Source: Octopus sinensis (Eukaryota). From it: a DNA stretch of 64,000 nucleotides. How positions within the stretch are numbered: the first letter of the stretch is position 1; every line of letters begins with the position of its first letter. Under the pieces are notes generated by a model. That model did not search any database, was not told the DNA's origin, and saw only the letters and a list, made by a program, of their open reading frames with translations. A program made the translations under genes and the position numbers. Below, piece after piece: positions 40,935 to 55,494 of this stretch. Where the stretch lies: positions 73,284,001 through 73,348,000 of the forward strand of contig NC_042999.1 in assembly GCF_006345805.1 (NCBI RefSeq). The letters run 5' to 3'.

Positions 40935-41135
40935 TGGCAGCTAGCGGGTAGAATCATTAGAACGTAGAAGAAATACTTTATGGCATTCGTTCCGATACTT
41001 TGCTTTCTAATTTCGAGTACCGTCGAGGCCTTTCACCTTTTGGAGTTGATAAAATGAAGTACCAGTAAAGCACTAGGGCCTTTGCAATTAAATAATCTTC
41101 ACTCAATAATATTACAGGCCTTGTGACAATTAGTA
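40935..41135 (+). mobile_element. Old SINE A copy (a better copy at 41701-41915)
   Basis: GGCAGCTAGCGGGTAGAATCATTAG...GATAAAATGAAGTACCAG. Confidence 0.6.
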
Positions 41136-41149
41136 TTTGCTTGTCGATT

Positions 41150-43160
41150 ATGGATATAAAATGCTGGCTTTGTTATTGTATTTCCTCGTGTTAACTTATT
41201 CATTAACAAATGGTCTTGCACAGACAGCGCCTTTCTGAAAATTTGAAGGGAGATTTAGGGGCGCTCACTTGTCGGTCCTGATGTCCAACGGCTTCATGTG
41301 GCATGATTTTTTGTTTTTGCTTGTCTAATTCTCCGATGATAACTGGTACACCTTTCACTTGTGCTACTGGTTATCCCTACATTCTTGATATCTCTATATT
41401 TTCTATGTCTTTGTCTACAAGGTTTTTGCGTGAAGGAATTGAACGTTTGTAATGAGACATTATCTTTTTTCCTCCTGTCTAATATTTAATGGACAATATT
41501 TAATTATCCCATAAGATTTTTGGTTCACTAAGTTCATTTAGAGCTTTTACTGGTACGTGATTTTATCACTTGTCTTGAAGTGATGTATCCATGTTTTTTT
41601 ACAGAGTAGCCAGTGAAAATGGGAAAAACCTTATTAAGATGTCACTTTCTGAGATGACATTTTACAGACTGTAACAATATGATCAATATTTTCACACTCT
41701 AAGGCACCGAGCAGGCAGAATCATTACTGGACCAGGAAAAATGCTTAGTGACTTTTCTTTTGACTTTACGTTCTGAGTTCAAATGTCGCCAGGGTCTTAT
41801 TCGCTTTTTATCCTTTCAGCGTCGATAAAATAAGTACCAATTGAATATTGGGTCCGATATAATCGATTTACCCACTCCTCCGAAATTGTTAGCCTTGTGC
41901 CAAAATTTGAAACCATTCCGGAGCCACACTCTCGTTGAGTCATGATTTAGTGTCTCTGTGGAACTATCCATGTTACTGCATTTCTTCTAGTGCTTCGACT
42001 CTTTCATAAATTAATCTGCTTTGGTATGTTCTCACCTCTTCAAATTCTACACAAACAGATCCCAGGTCTTTTTTACTCATTGCATGCTTGTGGCTTACTG
42101 ATCTTTGTTCTTCGTTTACACATTCATAAAATCCTTAGTCTTTTCTCTCCAATCTTCCGCACCATATATAAATGACGGGAATTTACTCGCAGAAGTGTTT
42201 CAGGCATGGCTAGAAGTTTTCGTTTTTTGTGTCTTATGCATCTATTTCCTCTTTCGTCCAATGCATTAATCCAATGTTATAACACACAATGGCAACCACA
42301 GGTATTGATAACATTTGTCAAATTTCTTCAATTAAGTTTCGATTTCAATACAAGACTTCATCTTTAATACATTGTTTTCACTATTTTTTCGATGTCATCG
42401 GATTCCAGTATGCCTAGATGCTTGTATCCATTGTCATCTGGTTCTAAAATTGATTCATACGGTAAATTTATTTCATTAAAATTATCTCCCTTCCTTTCAG
42501 TCTTCTTTTTAAAGTTACCTTTGTCCAGCCACTTCCATGATGCTTCCTGATCTTTTAAGTTACTTTCATGGTGGAATTGCTCATGTACTACCATGCTGAG
42601 TAGTCTTCCTTCTCTCTCTTTGACTATTCGCGAGCAGAATTGATTAACACTCTCAATTTCATTGCTAATAAATCCTCCTGCATTAGCAGCGTACTGCAGC
42701 ATGTCTTGTTCGCTGCTTACCAAATACTCTGCCATGTTTCTTCTTTCACTGTCGATATACTCCGGTACGCTAATGAGGCTACGTCCACTTTTACACCTCT
42801 TCGTATAGAACCTGTGTACGTTCGCCTTAGGGTGAAGGGTACCAGCCATTGTCATCGCCTTTCGGGTAGTGCGATCAAGTTGGTAAATCTCCGCTCATGT
42901 TCATTTCAGGATAGGTGTACTATAGCGGACTACATAAACATCCCATATGTTGATGGCAGTCACAAGGTTCCTTGAGTTGAAATTTGTCTTCAAGAGAAGT
43001 TTAGGGTGCTTCAAATATTTCCCTGTGCAAGATATTGTCCAGCTCCAGGATCCCAAGGCACTTGTACCCATCATCCGGGTCTCTCATTCACCCTCCGTTT
43101 GGCAGTCGTATGCCCCTACAATCTACTGATTTTCCTCCTTTTCCAAGAGAGAAGCGCACA
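41150..43160 (-). mobile_element. Two tandem degraded Dong/R4-like fragments split by a SINE
   Basis: PDDGYKCLGILELD...LHPKANVHRFY...WKWLDKG (42480-43130); the motif restarts with EPDDNGYKHLGILESD (42364-42480), then HWTKEEID, KILWD, VPVIIGELD; 5' flank is a (TTA/TAG/TTG)n tract. Confidence 0.8.
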
Positions 43161-43817
43161 CTTTGAGATCCCGAATTCCATTCCTATATTCTTGTTGTTG
43201 TGATTATTATTATTACTATATTAGTAGTAGTAGCAGCAGTAGTAGTAATAGTAATAGCAGTAGCAGCAATAGTAGTAGTAGTGTTGTCATTGTTGTTGTT
43301 GCTATTGTTACTGATCTTATTCCTGTTGTTGTGGTTGTTGTTGATATTACTGTTATTCGTTCTATTCTTTGCAGGTGTAAATACCCCTTCGGAAAAAGAG
43401 GAAATGATGACACACGAAGTCGCTGGGAAGAAATCCTCAGTAGCAGCAAATGGAGGATGAGATGAACTTGCAGATTATAGAATCCAGAGAATTGATTGAA
43501 CTAATCGACCAGTGCTTCCAGTTTGCCTAAAATCTCACTTTAAGGAACTGAGGATATGAACTATTAAAACCACTTTAAACACACACATGCACACACACAT
43601 ACACATACATACATACATACATATATACATACATAAATACATGTATGCATAAATACATACATACATACATACATATACATATATATAGCTACATATATAC
43701 ATAATATAAATGCATACGTATCTGTATGTATATATGTATATATGTGTGTGTGTGTATAAAGACATACACACACATATATAAATATATATATTACACACAC
43801 ATATACATATATATTAT

Positions 43818-43884
<67 letters not shown>

Positions 43885-44097
43885 CGTGTGTGTTTACAAA
43901 CATTTCAACTACGATCTCTCCACCATTTTTGAGATGTAAATATTTTTTTTTAAATCAACCGTGCATAAGTGCTCCTCCGTATCCATCTGGTTAAAATTTA
44001 ACTTGTTGAAACGAAGACAGTTTTTCTGTGTAAGTTTATTGAGTATACATATATGTGTGTGTATATGTATGTATGCATATATATATATATAATATAT

Positions 44098-44147
<50 letters not shown>

Positions 44148-44709
44148 TTATATATAATATATATATATATATATAATATATATTTATATTACTTTAAACA
44201 GTTTCACTTGGTTTCCGTGATACTTCAAGTTTCGCAGGCCCTTAACGTAGCTCGTCTTGTTCAGGCTCATACATACATACACATACACACATACACATTA
44301 ATATATATATATATATTATATATATATATATAATATATATATATAATATATATATATATACATATGTACATACATACGTACGTATGTATGTATGTAAGTA
44401 TGTATGTATGTATGTATGTATGTATGTATGTATGTATGTATGTATGTATGTATACGGACCAACAAAGAAAGAACCGTTTATGTTAAACATGGTATATATT
44501 TGTAGATTAGCAGTTATTTCCTTAAGTTAAATCTTCAGATTTCCACGATCCTCTTAAGAAGTAGACATTTGTCTGAGTGTCTTTGAAACTGATTAGTAGT
44601 CATGGAAACTATTAATTGTTAACATATATACATAAACACATGCATACATACATACATAAATACACACACCACACACACATACACACACACAACACACACA
44701 CACACACAC

Positions 44710-44794
<85 letters not shown>

Positions 44795-44961
44795 GTATGT
44801 ATGTATAGGATATTATTGTAATTTACGATTTTTTTCGTTATTGGTTCGTGGGTTTAGAATTTCTGCTCACTGCCCCGATGTATCAGTGAAATTTGTGATT
44901 GCAGTCATCTTCTGACTGCTGTTTGTAGCATGGTGGTGCTATTTGTAGCACCCTTAATTAT

Positions 44962-45037
<76 letters not shown>

Positions 45038-45101
45038 GCTGTGTCGTGTATGTATATGCGTATAAGTATGTGTACAGAACTATGTCTCTCTGTTACTGCA
45101 G

Positions 45102-45174
45102 AAAGAATAACTTCACTAAGAATGCGTACGACTTGTTCCTAGAATCGGAAATACCAAACTGCTCATTTTTCTGA
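45102..45174 (+). CDS. Exon 3 coding part with the 8th Cys and stop
   Basis: CTATGTCTCTCTGTTACTGCAG|A; phase 2 gives (S)KNNFTKNAYDLFLESEIPNCSFF*; AATAAA about 210 nt downstream. Confidence 0.62.
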
Positions 45175-45381
45175 TCGAAGTAACGTATACACTTCTCCCC
45201 TATCCATAGCTACATAACTGTTGTTAGTACTTTTATTTATCTATATATTTATTTATTCATTTATTTACTTATTGCTAACTACAGTATCTTGCCACTCGTT
45301 CAACTTGTGTATTTCATACTAATGACGCCGGAAGGTAATTTTCCTCTAGTCGTCCTTACATTTGTAACACTGTTGTTTCTC

Positions 45382-45387
45382 AATAAA
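45382..45387 (+). promoter_or_regulatory. Candidate polyadenylation signal
   Basis: First AATAAA after the exon 3 stop, followed by U/GU-rich sequence. Confidence 0.45.
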
Positions 45388-45748
45388 CATATGCATTTAT
45401 CTTGTACTGACAGTCTTGACTTTGTCGTTGTTATTGTTGTTTGAGCTCGAGATATGATCTGGTTGAAATAAGCATTTGATTGAAATTACTCCAGCAATGA
45501 CCACTTCGTCAATTTCTTTTTTTATGCTACATTATCAAAGTAGTCTTAAATTCTATCTTTTTCAAAGATGGTAGGTGTCGTGGTTTAAGAGAAATTGGAT
45601 ATTATTTCTAGCAAGTGGAGAGACCACGTAACTACATATCTAATCCCGTCATTGAAAACTTGAAAACAGTTAAATATTCTCTAAAACCTCTTGGTTCATA
45701 ACATGAATAAGAAAGCATTATTTGTCTACGTTCGTGATTGAAATAACT

Positions 45749-46215
45749 ATTGGGTTGTCCGGAAAGTCCGTGCCGATTTTCAAAGGAAAGAAAAAGGTCA
45801 ATAAATACTTGCCATTACATTTTTAATCAACCAAATATGAACCATTTTGTCTCCATCCAATGTGTCTCCATCTTTCTTTTAACTTGAAAATACCCTCTTC
45901 CCAGAATTGAGGTGATTTCATGGCAAATAATTCATCAAGATATCTTTTTATGTCATCCAAGGAATTGAAATTTTTGCCATTAAGACTATTCTGCAGAGAC
46001 TTGAATAAGTGGAAATCCGAAGGAGCAATATCTGGTGAATATGGAGGGTGGATTAACACATCCCAGCCTAGCTGCAGCAATTTTGTCTGGTTCCCAAAGC
46101 ATCAGGCGCCGAAAATGAACTTTCTTATCTTCCATTTTAAAGGGTTACATAATTAATACAGGTAATAGCAACATAAATCTTCTTCCACGAAAAGATAGCT
46201 TAAACTGTGCTCTAA
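45749..46215 (-). mobile_element. Second copy of the mariner deletion derivative (one TIR)
   Basis: TA-TTGGGTTGTCCGGAAAGTCCGTGCCGATTTT; LQLGWDVLIHPPYSPDIAPSDFHLFKSLQN...KERW; same internal deletion junction as 36340. Confidence 0.92.
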
Positions 46216-46217
46216 AT

Positions 46218-46254
<37 letters not shown>

Positions 46255-46556
46255 CACAGACATATACACATGCACAGTTCTCATTTGCTAAATTCCACTG
46301 ACAAAGGATTGATGAATTCGAGGCTAGACTAGAAGATACTAGCCCAAGATGCCGAGCATTGGGATCGAACCTGCATAAAATTTATAATGAAGCGAAATTC
46401 TTAACTGTTTGTCTATGCTTCTTCTGATATGCGTCTGAGAGCACGTACGTGTGAGTGTGTCTCTGTGTGTGTATATATATGTGTGTGTGTATTCACACTT
46501 CTGTGCACACACCTTCGCGCTCAAAAACACACACATGCTTACACACACATACATAC

Positions 46557-46605
<49 letters not shown>

Positions 46606-46649
46606 CATACACACACACACTCACTCACACACACACACACACACACAAA

Positions 46650-46775
<126 letters not shown>

Positions 46776-47324
46776 ACTCTTTTTGTATTTGTTCCGCAAA
46801 ATTATTGAAGAAAAATCGGGTATTGAAACATATTTTGGAAGGTCATTTTGCTAATGAAAACATACTTGCGTTTCATTTCTGTTTTGTTTGTTATAATTAG
46901 TCATTTAGTTAACTAATTAACCAGATCAGTTGCTTAATTAATCGATTAATCATTTGATCAGACAGTTAATTTATTTGTTTGTCAGACTCCTTCCATCGCC
47001 ATTCGCAACTTCGTCAATGAAGTACTCTCGCTAAGCCAGTCAAAGTCTGTCATGATATATTCAAGCGCTGTACTTAGTTAATTGGTAATTAGTTAACTAG
47101 TTGACAGATATTAATAAGTGAACTAGAACAAGTGAGTGTGAATTTATTGACAAAATAACCCTCCTAGAACATTTTATCTATCTACCTATCTATCTATCAG
47201 TCTGTCTATTTATTTGTCTATCTGTCTGTCTGTCTATCTGTCAGTTTGTCTGTCTGTCTGTCTGTCTGTCTATCCGTATGTATGTATGTATGTATGTATG
47301 TATGTATGTATGTATAAAAGTATG

Positions 47325-48320
47325 TACACTCCTAAAAAATTTCAGTGAAATTGCCATTACTCTGATAATATCGAAGGAAATCAAACGAAATTTATACTGG
47401 ATAAAATATATTATAAATGCAAATATTATACAATTTTGAAAAACAAAACAATAAACATTTTCAAAGATATGAACGAAATATTAATTTTCAAACATTACAA
47501 AATTATGTACACCTTAAAGGACCATTTGTTATATTCAATATTTGGTGTGACCGCCCTTGCTTTCAGTGACCGCCCTTGCTTTCAGTGACCGCATTAAGTC
47601 TTCCGGGCACAGAGTCGACTAAATTTCCGCATATAACCGATGAAATCGACCTCCATTCATCCTAAATGATGTCTTTCCTCTGTTACATTGTGGAGTCTTT
47701 TCTTTTCAACCTTCATTTTCAAAACACCCCGCAGATGTCTTATTGGATTTAAATCAGATTACATCGTAGGCCAAGGCAATACCTTTACCTTTTTTATCTG
47801 ATAAAACTTAATCGTAACCTTTGAAGTGTGTTTATGGTCATTATTATGTTGGAACATGCTTTTCAACATTACTTTCTGCAATATGTTACAATAAAGCCTT
47901 GAATCCATTGTTCTCCCAATAAATGTGAGTCCTCCCACACAGCCGCATTCATGCATCCCCAAAGCATAACACTTCCACCGTCGTGTTTCCCAGTAGGCAC
48001 GGAACATTTTTCGCTATTATCTTCACCTGGTTGTCGCCATACTCGTTTAATACCATCTGAGCCAAACAAAATTATTTTATGCAATATTATTTCCGGTAAT
48101 TTAGCGCGCCAAAACGAAGACTTTTGAAAAAAAAAACACAAGTGTAATATGTTGAACTGCATACATATTTGACCTCGTGTTGATGTCTGGTGTGTAGTTC
48201 TACAAATTATATCTGTATGAACGATCATACTGAAGATCTACAGATAAATTGCGTAAGTAAAATTACGTAATTTGTTGATAGTGAAACATTGTTTATGATT
48301 AATCTATATTTTTGTTACTT
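47325..48320 (-). mobile_element. Degraded Tc1-like (DD34E-type) transposon
   Basis: GSDGIKRVWRQPGE..KHDGGSVMLWGCM, FQHNNDHKHTS, WPTM*SDLNPI; TA-CACTCC terminus; 19-bp tandem duplication at 47546-47590. Confidence 0.85.
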
Positions 48321-48460
48321 TTCATTTGTCTTGCTCGCTTACGTTTCTGGTGTTTGCTAAATTTTCTAGAGAACAATTCTTAGTGGTAAGACCATAGCAG
48401 ATCTTCTTCTAGCATAAGGGTTTCCACATAATGGTAATTGCCTCTTATATGTATGTAATG

Positions 48461-48515
<55 letters not shown>

Positions 48516-48521
48516 ATACAT

Positions 48522-48700
<179 letters not shown>

Positions 48701-48894
48701 GAGAGAGAGAGAGATTTTCTTAAAAATTAACTATTTGAAAACATCTTAGTAAAACAGAACGACACGAATCTTCTGGGGTGAGTTTTCGTATTGTGTGTGT
48801 AAGCGTTTTCGTTGTTAATTTTTTTTTTCAAACACATGTGTTATTGGGTAATCCATATAGAGATAGTTGATTTCAGAAGCGGTGCCGACAATTT

Positions 48895-49650
48895 CCGTTC
48901 TAGCTTCGGATTTAGAATTCTTATGAAATCTTCTTTTGTATGTCGTAGTTGATCGTCTTCTTCCGTTACTTTGAAAAAAGGAAATATTTTGAATTTCCAC
49001 TTGAACAAATGTTCACCACATTAAGCATTTCAAAGAGATGACTCTTTAATTTGTTGGTGTACTCTCATGCGATGTATTAATTTTAATCCAGTTTAGCCAA
49101 TTTAATTTTCATTGGATTGTGAGTATGCAATGCTATAATTGTGATTTTTTGTTTTGCACTTCGTGTTTGCATTTACCTTAACTTCCCATTCTTGAATATT
49201 TTTGTTTGTTGCTTTTTCAATTATTTCAGGCATCCTATAACGAAGGCGTCTACCTTTTTTTTACTGGCATTATATGTTCTGGTATGATTTTCTTCTTTTG
49301 TTAAGAGTCTTTTGAGATTTGGCAGGTGTCTTCGGTTGTTGGTAATCTGTGATTCTTTAATCATGTTGACGATTGATGTGAAATTGGAAAATATCGTTTA
49401 GCCGAATGTAAAATGTGGTTTCTAGGAATATGGGTGACTTACAGCATCTTCAAGAAAATGATGTTGTACTTCCGCGAATAAAGAAGTCTTTCTAAGGTCG
49501 TGGCTTTTCCCTCGAATTACCAGCCTTAGGAACTTTCTTCCATCTCATTGTTTTCCTGCTTCTTATGACCTGAACTCTTTCAAGTCTATTGTAAATTCAT
49601 TTGTTTCGTCTTAATTTCTAATTATTGCTTTTCGCCTTGTTTAGGATTTT
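48895..49650 (-). mobile_element. Degraded PLE linker + GIY-YIG
   Basis: RRHLPNLKRLLTK, HRMRVHQQIK..CGEH, IFPFFKV..RHTKEDFIRILNPKL. Confidence 0.7.
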
Positions 49651-50184
49651 AAGAAATTATTAGAAAAAATTATTACATTAGAAAAGAAATCTAAATCAAA
49701 AACTACAATGGAAATTGTCAACATTCTTAGAACAACCTCCTCTATACAGCTTACTCCATAACGCGTGTACTTGAAATCTTTAACAACGAAAGTGCTTACA
49801 AAGGCAAGCGATACGAAAACTTCCTGCTTTAAGGTTTGTGTTGTTCTGGTTTCCTAAGATGTTATCAAATAGAACTGATACAGTTCAGAAGTCGATTAAG
49901 GCTATTCAGCATTTTTTTTTTTTAAATTCATACCTTGATACTGTGTATACTGAGATCTCCATTGACATGCCGCTGATATTAAATAAAGTGTTAAATACTT
50001 ACGGTATGCAAATTAGTTTCTCCGGTTCTCTGTAGGTACTAGACTTGTTGAGTACATAAATAGATTGGCTGCTTATTTCTCTGGAATTAGTTAAATGATG
50101 TAGACATTAAGGATGTTTATCATTTATTTCAATCTACAGGAATCTACATTTATTTCAATCTACAGGAAAATAGTTAAATTTGTC

Positions 50185-50295
50185 AAGGCGCGTGGACCTA
50201 GTGTTTAGGGTGTTGCACTCACGATCAGGTGATAATGAGCTCGATTCCCGGACCAGGTGGTGCATTGTGTCCTTGGGTAAAATACATTTTCATCT
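50185..50295 (+). mobile_element. tRNA-derived SINE head
   Basis: AGGCGCGTGGACCTAGTGTTTAGG...GAGCTCGATTCC...TTGTGTCCTTGGG. Confidence 0.6.
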
Positions 50296-50506
50296 TACTC
50301 TGCAGATAGGACAATAGCAGAATCGTTGGCGCTCAACGGTGTATCTTTCGGCTCCCTACATTCTGAGTCCAAATTCCACTTGCGTGGAAAATGCAACGGG
50401 AAACCACTCCAGTCTAATCATGGTAGCTGAAATTCCAGTAATCTACTTAACGGTTGCAGGGTAGGTCGAACAGAGAGAGCATATGCACAGAGTGCATATG
50501 TATATA

Positions 50507-50549
<43 letters not shown>

Positions 50550-50554
50550 CACAA

Positions 50555-50607
50555 GGTGTCTTGGGGAAATTTCGAACCTGGGTTCTCATTCCTAAAGTAT
50601 TTTTCGA

Positions 50608-50680
<73 letters not shown>

Positions 50681-50860
50681 ACATCGAAAAATACCTTAGG
50701 AATGAGAACCCAGGTTCAAAATTTCCCCAAGACACCTAATAAAGGCTGGAGGATATATCAGCCGAAACGTAGTGTTGGCAACAAACAAGATGAGGACAAA
50801 TATCCGTCAATTGTAAATAGTGCAAATAATGTACATAATTCCTCATCTCTTAAATAAAGA
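50555..50860 (+). mobile_element. Hammerhead-bearing repeat with a 59-bp inverted copy of its leader across (TTA)n
   Basis: Arms 50555-50613 / 50678-50736 differ at 2 of 59 positions; ACAC-CTAATAA-A-GGCTG..CAGCC-GAAA-CGTA-GTGT at 50732-50775. Confidence 0.9.
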
Positions 50861-50988
50861 AATGTAATTATTTTTTAATTACTATAATTGTTGCGTGGAA
50901 ACAATTGTAGTGATTAAAAAATAAATGCCAACCGTACCTCCTTCTTGTTGACTCCAATTTTTTCAATTATATGTGTGTATGTTTGTAT

Positions 50989-51036
<48 letters not shown>

Positions 51037-51672
51037 TTGTGTGTGTATTCTAAGGGCTTCTACAAAGTTTCCGTCTACCAAATTCACTCGCAAAGCACTG
51101 GTCGGTTCGATGCTATAGTAGAAGATACTTGCCCTACGTTCCGCGTAGTGAGACTAAGCCTGAAATATCTAGGCTGCAAACTAAAATTCGCTGGCGTATA
51201 TTTGATCCATCATTCAATCCTGTATCAACATTAGCCTTGAATATAATCAAAAGAAATAAATATAAAAAGTATAAGGACAGCGGGTTTACAGAAAGGCTGG
51301 AGTGCTGAAACGGAAGCCTTATGCTGCTTGTCTCCCTTTTCTTCATTTTGAATTTAACTCACTCAGATTTTGACCTTGCTTTTCATCCAACCATGATCGA
51401 TAATATTAGAACAAATAATATATAATTTTTCTATTAAATCTTCTATATCAACCCACTATTCATACAAAATCAATACTGTATCTGAAACAATAAATCAAGA
51501 TTATGCTTAAATTCGGTTCAGTATTAAATCTCTTGCAGTCTACGATGGAGACTTTGTACGGCTGATTGACACGACAGAGCGCCTCAAGCGAATCATTCCT
51601 ACAGAATGTGTGTGTGAGAGAGAGTTCCCTATAACATCATTCACTTCATTATTGTTATTATTATTTTTATTA

Positions 51673-51762
<90 letters not shown>

Positions 51763-51831
51763 TATTATTATATTATTATTATTATTATTTCAATTACTAT
51801 TATTTACAGTCTTCTAAATTCGATTACACGC

Positions 51832-51862
<31 letters not shown>

Positions 51863-52080
51863 AAACAAACAAACAAAAAAACGAACACACGTAATGCAAA
51901 AATTAAAAACAGTAAGAACGGTTTGAAAAAAAGCACAAAAAATAGTACAATCCGATGAATAAAGTATTAGATTAACGATTGCTTGAAAAGATTGTCTTTG
52001 TTTCGGGTGTGATTCCTTCTTCGGCAAGAAGACAGGAGAGAAGATGGGAAGAAGAAGCGTTTGTGGAAATAATAATAATG

Positions 52081-52135
<55 letters not shown>

Positions 52136-52234
52136 TGATGATGATGATGATGATGACGATGACGATGTTGATGACGATGATGATGATGATGATGATAATT
52201 GATCACCGTAAACGTGATGCACCCACAAACATTT

Positions 52235-53160
52235 AAGAAACAAGATGAAGAAAGAGTAAGCAACTAGAAAAGGAAACCATGCCTCAGAAAAATCGAAGGA
52301 AAAAAAATCAACGCTTGGAGATGGCTAAGAAAAAGTGATCTGAAAGGAAGCACTGAGGCATTGATATACAACGTTCAAGAACAAGCCCTGAGAACTAATT
52401 AGACCAACATCCAAATACATAAGAGCAGCGAATCGCCCCTTTGTGGGATGTGTGATAGCAGAAACAAAACAGTCTCACATATTGTGAGTGTGTGTAGCAA
52501 GCTAGCCCCAAATCACTGCAAAAGGAAGCACGATAACATGACTATGTTGCTCCACTCGATTCTATGTGAAAAGTACGGCCTGAACAGAGCACGGAAATGG
52601 TAGGAACATGAACCAGAATAAGTCACTTGGAGCAAGGAATATAAGATACTGTGGCATATTACAATTCAATGTAACTCTCTAATCGATGCTTGGAGATCAG
52701 ATATTGTTATGGTAGATAAAGGAAAAAAGGAAACCAAGATTATAGATATTGACGTAGCTGTGGATGCACGCATAAGTGATAAAGAATTAGAAAAGACTGA
52801 AATATACAGACCACTAAAAGATGAAATTGCAAGAATGTGGACTATGAGGAGAGTATCTGTCATTCTAGTAGTTGTAGGGGCACTTGGAGCACTAACAGCC
52901 AATTTCGAGAAATGTCAGAGAAATCGGAACTGACATGAGAGCAGTACAAAACTCAAAAAACTACTCTGTTGGGGACAGTTAGAACTTTTTAGATTGGCAC
53001 TGGGATATTGAATGTGTCCCACGAAAATTAACAACCAAGTATCAAAGCTTATAATGCGCGGGAAAAGACCCTGTGAGACTTCTGACAGCAGAATGCTGTC
53101 CGCTCTCACAGAATCTACTAGAACAAACAAGACTGAGCGTCCTGAGAAGTAAAATAAAAA
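52235..53160 (+). mobile_element. Dong/R4-like LINE, 3' ~0.9 kb
   Basis: WRWLRKSDLKGSTEALI..QEQALRTN, CGMCDS..TVSHIVSVC, KILW..RSDIVMVD..DARISDKELEK..VVVGALG; flanked by (TAA/TGA)n and (CAA)(TAA)n. Confidence 0.9.
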
Positions 53161-53178
53161 CAACAACAACAACAACAC

Positions 53179-53252
<74 letters not shown>

Positions 53253-53334
53253 TTGTTTTTTTCTTGGTATAAAAGACGTGCTACAGCAAATATTCTGTTC
53301 AATACCATAGATTTGCTTGTCAGTTGTTTGACCT

Positions 53335-53494
53335 TAACCAGTTGAGCATGTCCCTTAGTGGCTGACGATACGTGCATCTCTGATCATGAGCAGAAGTGGT
53401 GGGGGAGCATCAGAGCCATGTGTTGAGAGGGTGTACTGGGCTTCGTATATTTTACCCCAGTGTCACTTTGATGGCATGTACTGCTCTCTCACTC

Positions 53495-53495
<1 letters not shown>
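53335..53495 (+). mobile_element. SINE-like family E ending in (TAA)n
   Basis: Tail matches 12056-12115 in reverse orientation. Confidence 0.7.
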
Positions 53496-53552
<57 letters not shown>

Positions 53553-53576
53553 TAATAATAATAATAATAATAATAA

Positions 53577-54420
53577 TAAAGTGGCTTACAGAAGGGATTA
53601 CATATGCTACCAAAAACAGAAGAAACTACTAACCCCCCAACATGCCGGCCCATTACATACCTCACCACCATATATAAGCTATTAACATCAATAATAGCGA
53701 ATAGAGCATATGAATTCTTGGACCATAGGAAGTTATTCCCAGTAGAACAAAATGGATGTAAAAGGAGTTCATATGGATCTAAAGACCAATTACTGATTGA
53801 TAAAATGGTCTTTGAAAATTGCAAATTCAAACGCAGAAACCTTAACACCACTTGGATAGATTACAAGAAAGCTTTTGACAGTGTCCCCCATGCTTGGATC
53901 ATCAAGGCCCTGGAAATTTACAAGATAGCTCCAACAATTGTGAACTTTTTAAAAGTAAACATGAATTCGTGAAGAACCACCCACATTTTAAACCATACAC
54001 AAGAATATACCACCTCCCCAGACATCAATATCGCTTGTAGTATCTTTCAAGGTGACTCATTATGGAATTCGGACTTGATAAATGTGCAAAGGCTACTTTG
54101 AAGGCAAGGAAGTTCATAAAGGGAAAAACATAGAACTTGATACTTCCACAGCTATTCGATACTTCCACAGCCAATCCGAAGTATACAATTATCTGGGAAC
54201 CAATAAAGGTGATGGTATCCAGCACTCTAAAATCAAAGAGAAAATCCGCAAGGAATGCTACCAGAGCGTAAGAATGATCCTAAACTCAGAATTAATGCGA
54301 TCAATTCTTTGGCCATACCAGTAACCACATATAGCTTCGGTATCATTAAGTGGAGTCTCACTGACATGCAGAATATGGATGGAAAGATCTGTAAAACTGA
54401 ACTGCTTTATTAGGGATATC
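53577..54420 (+). mobile_element. 5'-truncated, internally deleted Dong/R4-like RT fragment
   Basis: KWLTEGITY/LPK..CRPITYL..WIDYKKAFDSVPH..IFQGDSL / FGLDKCAK..YNYLG; starts directly after (TAA)n. Confidence 0.9.
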
Positions 54421-55342
54421 GTGTATTTTGTGATATGTTAAATATCTTGGAACAAATACAATAAGACACCCGACCCAACGTTGAAAGTGTTCCACCAACC
54501 CAACATCTTCGATTGGTATTTTTTATCGACAACGAACGGATGAAAGGCAAAATTTGACCTCCGTAGGATTCGAACACGGAGCGCAAAATCAGAACATATA
54601 CCGTGAAGCATTATGTCTGTCACCATAACAACTCTTCCAATTCACCCGCGCACGCGCGTGCGCGTATGTGCATGTAGGGGACGTGAGTTTGTCTACATGA
54701 CTGTGTAGGAAGTGTATGTGCATTGCTAGTTGTCGGGCGAAGTTGAAAACGGGAAAAAGAAGCCGTCAGTTTGAGCGTGAATATTTGTGTGTGCCTATGT
54801 ATGGCAATTTGTGTATGTGTGAGTGTGTGAATCTATGTATGTTAATCTGTGAATTTGTGTGAATCTGTGTATGTGTCTGTGTGCGAGTGGGTAAAGCGGA
54901 ATGCATTTGGACAGAATAATATACAATGTAAATTGCACACTTGGTGTACTATGTGTCTATGATTCAAATACATATTTTAGCCAAGGAACATGCTTTATGT
55001 GTAAATGTTTATGTGATAAAAGAACAAAGATGGCCGAAGGAAGATATGTGTGTGTGTGTGAGGGACGTGAGTGTATGTGTGTGTGTGTGTGTGTGAGGGA
55101 CGTGAGTGTATGTATATGATGGATGTATCTTCGAATGGTGTGGGGTGATGTATGACAGAGGAGAAGAGAGAAAGGAACTATGTGTGTGATGGTTTAGAAT
55201 GGACAGTTTTAGAGATGATGGTGCGTGTGTGCGTGATTGAGTTGTAAATGTGTGTGAGCTTATGTGATTGGGTTTGTGTGTAGTTATTGTAAGTGTGTGT
55301 GGATAGATTCATATATAGAAGTAGACAGGCAAACAGACAGTC

Positions 55343-55413
<71 letters not shown>

Positions 55414-55415
55414 GC

Positions 55416-55494
<79 letters not shown>

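Noticed and set aside
40936-41660. Nearby phase-2 acceptors after exon 2 (40941, 41224, 41422, 41605)
   Set aside because: They fall within a decayed SINE or antisense Dong sequence, and most give no eighth Cys.
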